DNA of 32,000 bases, taken from the NCBI RefSeq assembly GCF_000400465.1, contig NW_008806274.1, forward strand, positions 570,244 through 602,243, in the 5' to 3' direction. A program made the translations under genes and the position numbers. The stretch's first letter is position 1; each line of letters opens with the position of its first letter. Of this stretch, positions 1 through 10,755 are shown one piece after another. The stretch is from Wallemia ichthyophaga EXF-994 (lineage: Eukaryota; Fungi; Basidiomycota). A model generated the notes under the pieces. The model was given only the letters and a program-made list of their open reading frames with translations. It was not told the DNA's origin and made no database searches.

Positions 1-1577
1 GTGCTCAAATGGATATATGTTTCTGTATCTGTTCTTATGACCCAGCTCCACACCTGCACCGATACTGTATCTATCAATCTTACGAGCTTTGCCTAGGTGG
101 AAAGTATCGTCGCGCTCTTTGCTACCCAAGGATTTCGATTGATTGCCATTTCCGTCAAGAGTCTGGGAATTGTTCGAAAGCCAGTCAAAAACTTCCATCA
201 TTCTCTTTTGCTCGGTCCTTTCCAGTCTGTAGAACTGATAAGCCAATTCATCGTTGGCTTGCTTCTCAGACATGTCGACAATTCTTCTGAGGAAAGTTGG
301 AAGCTTGTAAGAATTCCGTCTACTTTCATCTGAGATAGACATAGAAATACGCTCATGAGACATTCCATTTGCGAGCTCTCTATTCTGTCTAACGCTGTCA
401 ACTGTAGACGTGTGAGTTTAATTATAGTCGAATAGCCGCAAAAGTATTTACAGAAAGGATTAGCAGCAAATTTATCACCACTGTGGCTACTATGCGGATT
501 GCGAGGACTAGCTTTATTTGTAGTGGTAGAAACACCTTGGAAAGCTGCAAAGGGTAGGTTGCGTGGCTGAACGAAGGAGTTTTCGCCCTTAGGCGTACCA
601 TCTGTATTTTGACCTTCTGCGAAGCCGTTTGATTTTGGAGTAGTCTCCACTGGTGCATCTTTTACTTGCGTGTAGGCAGCGAAACCGCCTGATATGTACT
701 CCAATGAAGCACTAGCTCCGGCGTTTTCAAACTTCCTAAATACACCCAGCAATGCAGCGGGCGTGCCTTGCATACCTTCTCCGACGTAATTAGTGTCAGT
801 GTCGTAAACAATGATAGTCTTTGCTTTCCTGTAAGCCTCAAGCTTACTTCTATCATGAGGATCTGGAACCATCTGAATGATTTTGTCGAGGCTGAAAATT
901 GGACGTCTGAGCAATGTTGATGGAAGACAAATGCTAACTGCGCCTGGAATGCGAGAAGTAGAAAATGCAGTGTACGATCTAATGTCTACGATTAAAATTT
1001 CCTCCTTGACCGCATCTGGACGCTGATTGATGACGTCGACTAGATTGTGGAGTTCGGTGTGGCGTATGTTATTGGATTTGTGATTTGTGAATGGGGGAGC
1101 GCTATTAGAATTGTTTCGAGGGAGTGGTGGATTTATGGGCCCTTTCAATTGAAAGGGAGGCGGTCCGCCCAGCTGTGCTGGTAACGGACTCGGAGAAGCT
1201 TTCTTATGAGCAGGGCCATTATCCTTAAGACCAGCTGAGCTGGCATCTCTAGAAAGGCTGCTGTGTCTTCTGAGATTGCTTCTATCCCCGATCGCCTTCT
1301 CGAACTCATTGAGAGAGTGATCTTCGGCAACTGGACTCGATGAGCCACTACGCTCACCACGATTGGGTGATATATAGTTTGATTTGCCGAGATTCTGAAG
1401 CTGTGGCGTGAGTGAGGTTCTCCGCTCCACCTTCTGCGGGCTCAACTGCGTTTGTGATCTGCCGAAGCCAGGTGGGCTGAATGGATCTGGTTTTTCTAGC
1501 TCATGCGTTGGCTGCGTTACAATGCTTGTGTGGTTTGAGCCGAAGCGTTCTTCTAGAGCCTGCTCAAAAGTGGTCAT
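1..1577 (-). CDS. Rhodanese-domain + classical protein tyrosine phosphatase (Ptp2/Ptp3/Pyp-type MAPK phosphatase), 3' part runs off the left edge
   Basis: Rhodanese-like segment ILIVDIRSYTAFSTSRIPGAVSICLPSTLLRRP. Splicing a 50-nt intron (451..402, GTAAAT...CTACAG) gives ANPFFDSVRQNRELANG and continues without a stop to base 1, ending in PTP motif 1 (AGVELGHKNRYRNIYPFEH). Confidence 0.9.
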
Positions 1578-1729
1578 TGACGTGAAGATCGTATTGATTG
1601 TGGCTCAAGCTGGTACATCACCCGGAATATCAAAAAAAAAATAAAAGTGGCAAAATTAAGCAACTGACAACCGTCACGTTATTGATCTTTTCCAGCGAGT
1701 GTTGTATTCTGTTCATGAATAGAGTGCTG

Positions 1730-1737
1730 TGACGTCA
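1730..1737. promoter_or_regulatory. Perfect CRE palindrome TGACGTCA (ATF/CREB-type site) about 150 bp upstream of the PTP ATG
   Basis: Exact TGACGTCA in the intergenic gap, flanked by CGTCA half-sites at 1672-1676 and 1751-1755. Function is inferred. Confidence 0.5.
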
Positions 1738-1859
1738 TTCACGAGAATAACGTCAAACTTTGTCGTTGGCGCTATGTGAGCTTATAAAAGCGCAATAGAC
1801 GTTATATATGCTTGAAATTGTATAACATTCAAATTTTACAACAATGATTTCTAAGCAAC

Positions 1860-4800
1860 TCAATTAAGCGATCCTCTACAACCATCGACACCACAGAGAC
1901 ACGGAATCTTCTCATCCTCAATAGGGAAGTGGTAGTCATATGTGATCTCATCCCCTGGTGAAATCTCCTCCTTGGCATAGATGATTATCTTCTTCTCTCC
2001 GAGAATGGTGATGATTTTCTGAGATGTATTATGACGTTAGATGATACGACGATCAAAATAGTATCACTCACAGCAGTACAGTTTGGCTGGCAGCAGTGAT
2101 TAATTAGACGTGCCACGCTACCTTTCATTGTAGCATCAACACTAACATGTGTTAGAAAGAAACACACGTGCACCAAAAAAACTCACATATTGTCATCGTC
2201 GATCTTAAACAAATACGAGCTACCTATACCCTGCTTCTCGTATGCCTTCTCTCTCCTATCCGCGACCTGCTGTCTGACCACTTCACCGACATACTCAATC
2301 ACCATTTCACCTTTCGGTATGACTTGGCAGCTGTAAAGACCCCAGCTATGTATACTTGACTTGGCAAATTTGAGCTCTTTCTTACGTGTGCGAAGCTGGT
2401 TGAATTTGAGTATTTCACCATCCGTAGCACCACCCGTAAGACCATGAACGAGAGAGCGAGCGTTTGATCTGTTGGCGCGCGAACTAACATTATCTCTATC
2501 CCCATGCTGCCTGGATGCCTTGGTAACTTTATTTCTCTGCGGAAGATAGAACGCCTTCTCTGTTTCGGGTATGGGATAAATTCCTTCCGATCTCGCACTT
2601 CCTGTTGCATGCACAGGCGGCCGCCATGGCGCATTTTCATCAGTCTTTTCAGGGCTATTGAAAATCGAGAATCGTAAATCGTCCTTCCAGTCTGGAGGTG
2701 TGTAATTGTGACATTGCAGCAATTCTTGGATGGTCGTTGGTAACTTCCTAGCTTCTCGGTCAATAACAGTTTTTAGGTAGTAAAGATCTTCTTCGGAGTT
2801 GACGAGGTCGCTTGATAGTATGTCGGTCTTGGTGTAGGGCCGGCTTGGATCAGAGATTGGGTCAAATGGAGGTACATTTAGGGGAGGTGTAGGTATCGTG
2901 TTCTTAGGTGTATATAGATGATGAGGATCATCCGCCTCTTCGGAGATGTCAGACTGTGCAGATTCTTCTGACTTGGCTGATGATGCAGCCGGTGGTGGAG
3001 TTTTGAGTGCATTTTTGCTAGACTTCTTGGTTGCCTTACTCGTCTTTCTCTTAGAAACAGGAACTTTCTTGGCCTTGGAAGCCTTTTTACTCCTAAACTT
3101 ATTATCCGGTGCGTTATCAGTCGAGGTTGTTTGCTCTGATTCGGTCTTGATCATATCAGCGGGTTTGTTTGTAGTCTTAATTTCATAGATGCTCTGGTTG
3201 CCAATGAAACCAGCTTCAGCATTGTTTAGATTATCGACAAAAGTAGAAGCATCATTCTGATTGTCCTTAGCGGCAATTTCAACATTATTATGTTGATTGA
3301 CAGTATCAAAATCGCGCTTGACATGACCGTTGACGTGTGCTCGATCGTCTCTGCCGTCATAAGCGACATCAGCGACATTTTTCCTAATACCGTCAACACC
3401 CTCAGCAAATTCAAAACGCTCAAAAGCAGGCTCCTTTTCTACAACAGTAGACTGCTTCTCATCTCCACTTTCACCTTCGCTGCTGGTGAAATCGACCATG
3501 TGTTTGTTTTTCGATTTCATAACCCGACCACGTTTCGACTTTTGAGACTGGAGGGGACGATTTAATTTGAGAACCACGTCCATATCGTCCATATCGTGTG
3601 AATCATGTGGCTCCTCGGAGAATGTTCGCTTATCCGACAGCTTCACCTTGTCCTTATTGATATCATTGAGCGTCTCGAGCTGCTGAGCTCGTGGATCGCG
3701 CAGCTGCAAATGCATTGTAAATCCAGAACACTGTTTGCCATCGGAGGTAGTCATAGCGCGTCCTGCTATACCAGGTTTTGTGAACAGGACGAACCATCCA
3801 TCGTCGTTTTTTAGTACCTTAATGTATGTCAGATAAATTCGAATTGATTGAAACACATCAGAATCATCTTTAACATCACACTCACATCTGATACCTTGAA
3901 CTGTCCGAAAAATGCACGAACATCTACTACATCCACTGAATGCACAGGTAGACTTGATTTATCGATAAATATATGCGCATTGCCGTTCTTCTTAATTTTC
4001 TCCTCAATCGAAATCTCAGCTTGGTGTGCGTCTTGTTGTATCGCATCGGGGTGGTGTTGAGAATTTTTCACAGGTGACTCCTTCTTTCTCGTGAGCATGT
4101 TATCAGATCTACCTCTGAATATCTCATCACCGTGCAGATCATCCCACTCGTCTTCATCTTCTGTATCCTCGCTACCAGCTTTAGCCATCTCCAAAGGTTT
4201 CGGATGTGAGGGAGTGTGTGCCAAATTCGAAGGCTTACTTGCACTACTCAACCACGAAGTTTTCCCAAGAACACTTTGTCCTGGTCCTGGTCTAGTTGGT
4301 GTTTGTTGGTTTGGATTGAAACCAATTTTAGTAGAAGGTGTAGGCAGTACTTTAGGTGCTTGATTTACTTGACTTGCTTGACTCTCTGCGGCTTTGCGAG
4401 ATGCCTCCTTCCTCCTCTTCTCCTCCCTTTCCCTTCTAGCTCGACTTTCATTCTCCTCGCGCTTCTTGTAAAAGTCATCGACTACTTTATGGTATACATT
4501 GCCATCCTCATCTGGACGGACTTGTATCGGTGGAACTGAGCCTATGTGTGCCTTACCGAGGTTGAAATTTTTGGCTCCATGAAACTCATCGATACACGCT
4601 TCAGCGTCAGTGTATTTACGAAAACTAATCCAAACAAGACCCAAGAAAGCACCGGTACTTCTATCGTAATGTAATTTCATACTTTTGAACGTTTTGTACT
4701 TTCCTTTGAAATAAGTGTTAAGATCATTTTCAGTGAGTGCAGATGGTATGCCCTTTATACAGATGCAAGATGTTGGTGGAGGTTGCAAGGAATGTTCGTC

Positions 4801-6194
4801 GTGTATAAAGCTCTTGAGAAAGATCAAGTTGTTTGAATACCTGTTTCTATTCTTTTCGTGGTTGATTCGCTCGACAAACAAATGCCTATTCTTGCGCGGA
4901 TCACTGGGCTGCGTCAACAGCCCATCACCATCAAAACGCTTTTTGCCGTCTTTTATGAGGTAGTTTTGTTTTCCCTCTGGCTTTATTGGTGGTCGAGTTG
5001 GATCGACCAGCTGAAATGATTTTGAAGGCGACTCTTCTCGTTCAAGTGAGTACTGTCGTTTGTGGGGTGGTATAGAGGATTGAGGCATTGGCGAGTATAT
5101 ACTGACTGGCTTTGCTGGGAGTTCATGTTTCGCAATGTTTGCAGGGGGGTATTGAGAAGATGGCTGGGTATAATCGAAATCATAATCCCTGTCGCGATAG
5201 GTTCTTGGGGAGGGTCTGCGAGAGGTTCTAGGAGGAGTATCTGTTAAGAGTTAGAGGTGTAATTGCAATACCGAGAGAACCTACGTCGCTTTTTCGGAGG
5301 AGGCCTTTGTGCAGTTATATGCGGGTTGTAGCTGTTACCTCTATATCCGCCAGTGTATCCAGGTGGAGGACGGCGTCTATAATCGAGCTGCTGAAGATTG
5401 CCGTCGTAGTCGTAATGATGATCGTATTCGTGTGGGTAGTGATGTTGGTAGTGATAATCACGCTTGTAAACTGGCTCATACTCACGTTGATACTCACGTT
5501 CATATTCACGATCATAATCACGATCAGACTCAAAATTCGTACGAAAATCACGACCACGATCGCGATGAGCAGCAGCGTAACTAGTTGAAGGTGAAAATGT
5601 ACGAGAGTCATAACGAGTGGGCTGTCTATCAGAATCGAACCTTGAATAACTCCCTTCTGCCGATGTGGACCATTTTGAATTGACAGTTTTCTGTTTTTCG
5701 AGTGCACTTCTAGCCTGTGCAGCGAGACGGCTGTCCTTATAATTGAGATCAGGATGTTGCGATTGAGTGCGCGTTGCCGTGGGACTGCTATCATCATACT
5801 TGACTGGAACAACACCGTTATCTGCAAAAACACGCTCAGCACCACGAGAGACGCGTTTTTTAGGTGAATTACGCCCAAGGCTATCGCTATATTTGTCATC
5901 GTCACTGATACTGACTGGATGACTTTGAGTGTGAGTGTGATTGAGGCTGGGTCGATGCTCGTATACTCTCATAACAGAAGAATTGTCGTTGCGAGTGGGT
6001 TTGTAAGTATTGTTGTAGGAGCCATGATTGCCATGATTGCCATGAGTGCGATTGCCATTACCATTGCTATTGTTACTACTAGTACCATGTTTTCGTGCGT
6101 AATTGTCAAACAGAGAAGATCTATCATTGTGACTGTGTAAGTCATTCGCACTCCCACCAACCGCGCTGTATCTGTCGTCCATCTCGTCGACCAT
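1860..6194 (-). CDS. SET1: Histone H3K4 methyltransferase Set1 (COMPASS catalytic subunit), 5 exons
   Basis: RRM (CICIKGIP...[11 protein letters not shown]), second RRM-like region, n-SET with GSARSEG, SET ([37 protein letters not shown]) and post-[16 protein letters not shown]. Introns at 5284-5241 (GTAGGT, CTAAC branch), 3885-3818, 2186-2142 and 2071-2019 all restore frame. Start could be 6194, 6182 or 5972. Confidence 0.95.
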
Positions 6195-6669
6195 GATGAG
6201 ATGGGAGGAAGAGGGACATCGAGAGAAAGCCAAAGAGGAAAAAGTTTACGAGGATGAAATTGTACAGCAAAGCAAGCAATTTGATAATACAAATTTACCT
6301 AGCTGCCTCACTTTATTTGACGCCTACTTGAGTTGTTACAGTTAAGTATTCAGTGGTGTGGTTGATATGATTCTTATTTAAATCACAGCTTTACGTCCAC
6401 AACTTCAATCCATTTATCGTCACGGTCAGTACAAAAATTGTACTCGTCGCTGGGATGATTTCGTATGGTGTTTTCAGAACAATAGAATGAGCACAGAAGA
6501 GAAATTAGACGCTTGGATTCAACGTAGAGCGCAGTGGTGGACTGATCGTCGTCTCACTCGCAGCTCTGAGGATGTTTGGGAGGCGCGAGAAGACACTGAG
6601 ACACTCAAACCATGGCCCAAAACACCTTTCAACGGAGACACAAGCACAACTACCCCTTTGTATAACTAA
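6193..6669 (+). CDS. EMI1: Emi1-like (DUF3128 family) twin-CX9C protein, 2 exons
   Basis: Intron 6341-6388 (GTTAAG...CACAG) joins exon 1 (LPSCLTLFDAYLSCY) to exon 2 (TLRPQLQSIYRHGQYKNCTRRWDDFVWCF...RRAQWW...SSEDVWEAR). Two CX9C motifs plus the SSEDVWExR family motif. The only upstream in-frame Mets are at 6193 and 6196. Confidence 0.8.
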
Positions 6670-6737
6670 TTGAGTCAGTCAATAGAAATTAGAAAGATTA
6701 AACGAAATGTATAAATAATTTCTTTCTTTGGTCCCCT

Positions 6738-9121
6738 TCAATGGCTGTACAGATTCACAAGGCCATCGGCACCCGCACTGAACAGGAATGGCTGCGTTGG
6801 GTGCCAATGCAGATCCAGAACGCCCAATCCATTGGCCAGTGTGTGGCATTTCAGCACTTTAAGTGGAACAATAAGCGCGTTAGTGGCGAGATCGTCGAAC
6901 ACGCGTCCATGGAAAACCTGCACACTCCCGTCATCCGAGCTAGATGCAAAGAGAGGAAGTGATGGGTGGTACTTGACTGCTCTCACCGCTCTATTATGGT
7001 AACGGATAGTTTTATAAGGTTTATCGCCGAGGTCGATATCGAACCAGCACACCTTTCTGTCGTAGCTACCTACGATGAGGTTGTCACCTGAGGGGTGAAC
7101 GTCGATCGACGACAACCACCTCAAGCCCGGCAAGAACGTCTTAAGGAGTGTTTGCTGGACGAGATCGTACAGCTTCACATACCGCTGTGTAACTAGGAAG
7201 AACTGCGGTCTCGTTGGATGGAATTGCACCTTCTGTACACTTCCCTTGCTCCTCTTGAACGGTGCTTGCGATTGGTGCTTCGACAGCTGGTGAATGAGAA
7301 CCGACTTGCTACCGGCATCTCCCGCCACGGTGGCGAAATAGTCGCCCTTTCTATGCCACACTACCTGCTTAGGTGTTCCCGGTACTTCGATCTTCACCAG
7401 TAGTCCATTCTCGCGTTGCGATTCGTTTGGACGCGCATACCTAATATCAGCCGTCTTAGTCGCCCCCGCTTGTGGATTGGCAAAGGCGAAATCCGCTTGC
7501 TGTGCAGATGCTTTACTCAACCCGGTAGTGAGTATGGGGAGGGGAGACAGGACGGTGACCTGCTTCTCGCTCGTCGCCACCAACAGCGACACCTCTTTGT
7601 CGGGACACCACTCCACACTGTGGACAGGCTCCCCTTCACCGATATTCCAACTATATGCACAGCGTCCCACTGACAACTCCCACACTCTCACATAACCATC
7701 ATCGGCAGCACTAGCAAGCCAGATACCGGTAGGATCAACGGAAATAGACCGCACGCGTGCGTTGTGTGTGTAGCTGATGGCATTGTAGATAGGGAATGGT
7801 TTGAGTTCCCTAGGTGATGGAAGTTTAGGTACGAGAGACTCAGGATCGATGTTGAGCTTAGTCCTGCGCACTCGTGGTGCCAGGTAGAGATCTAAGCACC
7901 TGTCAAACCTTTCCTTCAATAAATTAGCATAAGCGGGAACGAGACGCAAGTTAGAGTATTTCTGGGGCATGAACTTGATCTTTCTGTCTTGTTCATCAGT
8001 CTCTTCCCACTCCTTCCTCTCCTGCTCATTGAAGAGGTATTCAGGTGGTGGATTGAACGACTCTATTGTCTTTGGTGGTGGTTCTTGGGGTGCAGGAGCG
8101 TCCATGACGTGAGGCGTGTGTTCATCTGTATTAGACCATATAGCGTAAAAAGTAGGTTTTGGAGGTGCTTTTGGTTTATTTGGCACAATTCTGCCAGCGC
8201 GTATAGCTCTAGCAATCTTCATAATCTACGGAAACTTGTGAGAGTGTAGTAGAGTGAATCAAGACAACGAACCTTTTCGTGCTCCCATTTAGAAGGTAAG
8301 AAACGACGCTTAGGTTCAGGTGCTCCAGAAATGGGCGTGACCATTTCCTTGCCCTTACCAGTAAAGAACTCGACTTGGTCTGGGTATGGATCAAAGGCAT
8401 CGTCAGGCACTTGGCCCTTCTCGAGTCTTCGAATCAGACGGAGTTCATCGGGGGTGAGTTTCATGTCTTGCTGCATGTTCTTAGATGGCACAGTGTCAGC
8501 GTCACCCTCCGTGTGCTCCAAGAAACGCTCCAATTCATCCTTTGTAGCAGGTTTGAGAATCTTTTTGCCGTTTATATCGTAACCGATATGGGGCATATCT
8601 TCGTACCACTCAGCAGGGACATCGCCGATCGCATTCTGTTGCTCTTCAGTGTCGCTGTCACTATCGTAGCCAGGTTCGATGTTGCGATAAACGGTTTTGT
8701 CCTCACCAGTTGCATCAGAGCGGACAGTTCGAGCGGTAGCTTCAAAGCCAAGCTTCTGCTTAGGTGGCTGTGAGTAGTAGTCAGTCTCGTCAGGCTTCTT
8801 TGAGGCTTTTTCGATGAAATCAGAGACGTTAGAGGAAGTGGAAGGGACGGAAGAGAAGGAGGCGAGAGAGGTGTCAGAGTCACTAGAGTGTATGCTATCA
8901 TTGTCACTGTTAGCGTCATCGTCACTGTCACCGGCGTCTTCGTCACTGTCTGGATTAATCTCAGGAAATTCAGCTGGTTCTTCATCATCTGAAGAGAGAT
9001 GGTCGTTGTCGCCGTCGCTGAGCTCCTCTGCGCCATTTATATCCAATTTATTATCAAATTCCTGAGCAACCGCATTGCCTCCTTTGGTGCTATCTCTGCT
9101 GCGTTTTTTCGAGATGGCCAT
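6738..9121 (-). CDS. ERB1: Ribosome biogenesis protein Erb1/BOP1, 2 exons
   Basis: Acidic N-terminus, BOP1NT motifs (HIGYDINGKKI, PEPKRRFLPSKWE, FMPQKYSNLRLVPAY, ERFDRCLDLYLAPR) and a C-terminal WD40 propeller. Intron 8272-8226 gives HEK|IMKIARAIR. Start at MAISKKRS. Confidence 0.96.
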
Positions 9122-9162
9122 TGTAGGTGAAGAAGACAAAAGAGAAGAAACCAAATAAATAA

Positions 9163-9661
9163 TTAATAAACAACATTTATGCCCATATTATTAGCAGTTG
9201 ATATCACGCTCCTAGCGACGTTCTCAATTCCCTTAGCCTGTAAATCTTTATCAAGGCACTTAATCGCAGCCACTTCGTAGACGTGCTTGACTGAGATAGT
9301 GGCGATAGTCTCGTGGCCGGGCTGACCAGTACCTTTCTCAATACCACCAGCGACCTTCTTCAAGAGATGGGTTGTTGGTGGAGATCTCGTAGTGAATGAG
9401 AATGATCTGTCTGGGTTTATCGTGATTTGCGTTGGAGTGGGAGTACCAGCGACCAAATGAACAGTTTTAGCGTTAAATTCTTTACAGAAATCCATCGATT
9501 TTACACCTCTAGCTCCGAGTAGTGGGCCAACTGGTGGTGTAGGTGCAGCTTTCTGTGCGGCGATTAGACAGCGCTTGAAGGTTATGCGTTAGCTACGAAT
9601 CCCCAAACTCTATCCAGCGACTCACCAGCGTGACTGGCGTCGTTTGAATGGCTTTGCTCAT
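9163..9661 (-). CDS. MRPL19: Mitochondrial ribosomal protein uL11m, 2 exons
   Basis: Intron 9625-9574 (GTGAGT...CTAAC...AAG) gives MSKAIQTTPVTL|RCLIAAQKAAPTPPVGPLLGARGVKSMDFCKEFNA...PDRSFSF, the L11 signature. Confidence 0.93.
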
Positions 9662-9685
9662 CACTGTATCCCTTTAAGAGGAACA

Positions 9686-10687
9686 ATGGCCCTAGTTTTC
9701 GGCAGCATCAACGTCGACGAGTTCCTCGCTGTCCCCCACATTGTTAGGCCGGGTGAGACCATTTCATCCACTCACATTACCAAGAAAGCAGGTGGAAAGG
9801 GTGCGAATGTGGCTGTGGCACTGGCCAAGGCGTCTGCACGCGTCCTTCTCGCTGGTCAGATAGGCGAGGATGGCGAGTGGGTGCGCGCACTTCTCAATAC
9901 CTATTGCGTAGACACCACCCATCTCCTCACCACTGCCAGCGTCCCATCAGGTCGAGCAACAATCCAAATTAGCCAGGAGGGCGAAAATTCGATTGTGCTC
10001 TACGGCGGAAGCAATCAGATGGCCTATGGCCCACCGCTCCCGCTTTCTCCAGCCACCATATCCCATTTGCTCGTGCAGGAGGAGATTGTACACGCAGATA
10101 CAACATCAGCCATTGTCCACGCACACAACAACAAGATCAAAACTGTCTACAACCCATCCCCTCTCCCGCCCTCGCACCAGCTACTCGAATTCCCTTGGCA
10201 CGCGCTGTCTTACCTGATTCTCAACCAGGGCGAGGCGATGGATTTGTATAATTCACTGGTTGGACAGGGGCAACACACTCAACACGCCCATTCACACTCA
10301 CAACAATCCCCACAACACCTCCTCGATGCACTCACGACGCACCCTCTCACCGCGTCAATCCAAGGGGTGATCATCACTCTTGGCAGTGAAGGACTGGTAG
10401 CGCGGGTAAAAATCGACAACACCCCCCATGACTATTGCCTGCCCTCTACGAAAGTGAATGCCATCGATACCACAGGTGCTGGTGATACATTTGCGGGATA
10501 TTTCGTCGCCGCGTGTATGTCATCCAGCATGAGCACACACAAGAGCACACATATCGAGCTCGTTCTTAAGAACGCAATGGCCGCTGCCGCTCTCGCCGTA
10601 ACCAAACCTGGGGCTATGGATGCTATTCCCATTCTAAGCCAAGTGCGCGCCCATCTCCTAACGAATGGTATAGAGTGTGTTTTGTGA
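9686..10687 (+). CDS. RBK1: Ribokinase (PfkB family), apparently intronless
   Basis: VFGSINVD, GET, GGKGANVAVA, NxxE (NQGE) and DTTGAGDTF signatures. Real start is MALVFG at 9686. Confidence 0.9.
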   Translation: MALVFGSINVDEFLAVPHIVRPGETISSTHITKKAGGKGANVAVALAKASARVLLAGQIGEDGEWVRALLNTYCVDTTHLLTTASVPSGRATIQISQEGENSIVLYGGSNQMAYGPPLPLSPATISHLLVQEEIVHADTTSAIVHAHNNKIKTVYNPSPLPPSHQLLEFPWHALSYLILNQGEAMDLYNSLVGQGQHTQHAHSHSQQSPQHLLDALTTHPLTASIQGVIITLGSEGLVARVKIDNTPHDYCLPSTKVNAIDTTGAGDTFAGYFVAACMSSSMSTHKSTHIELVLKNAMAAAALAVTKPGAMDAIPILSQVRAHLLTNGIECVL

Positions 10688-10755
10688 TGACTGAAGAGTG
10701 TGGGTATATTAAATGGTTTATGTATAAATACATATTTCAATGCACAATCACAATC

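Noticed and set aside
5307-5905. Overlapping ORFs of 91-196 aa across the SET1 5' exon
   Set aside because: Frame shadows of repetitive RD/RE/YH coding sequence.
10685-10700. Possible stop-codon readthrough (TGA CTA type) creating a cryptic peroxisomal signal on ribokinase
   Set aside because: The stop is doubled (TGA TGA CTG) and no SKL-like end follows. No other gene shows TGA-CTA.
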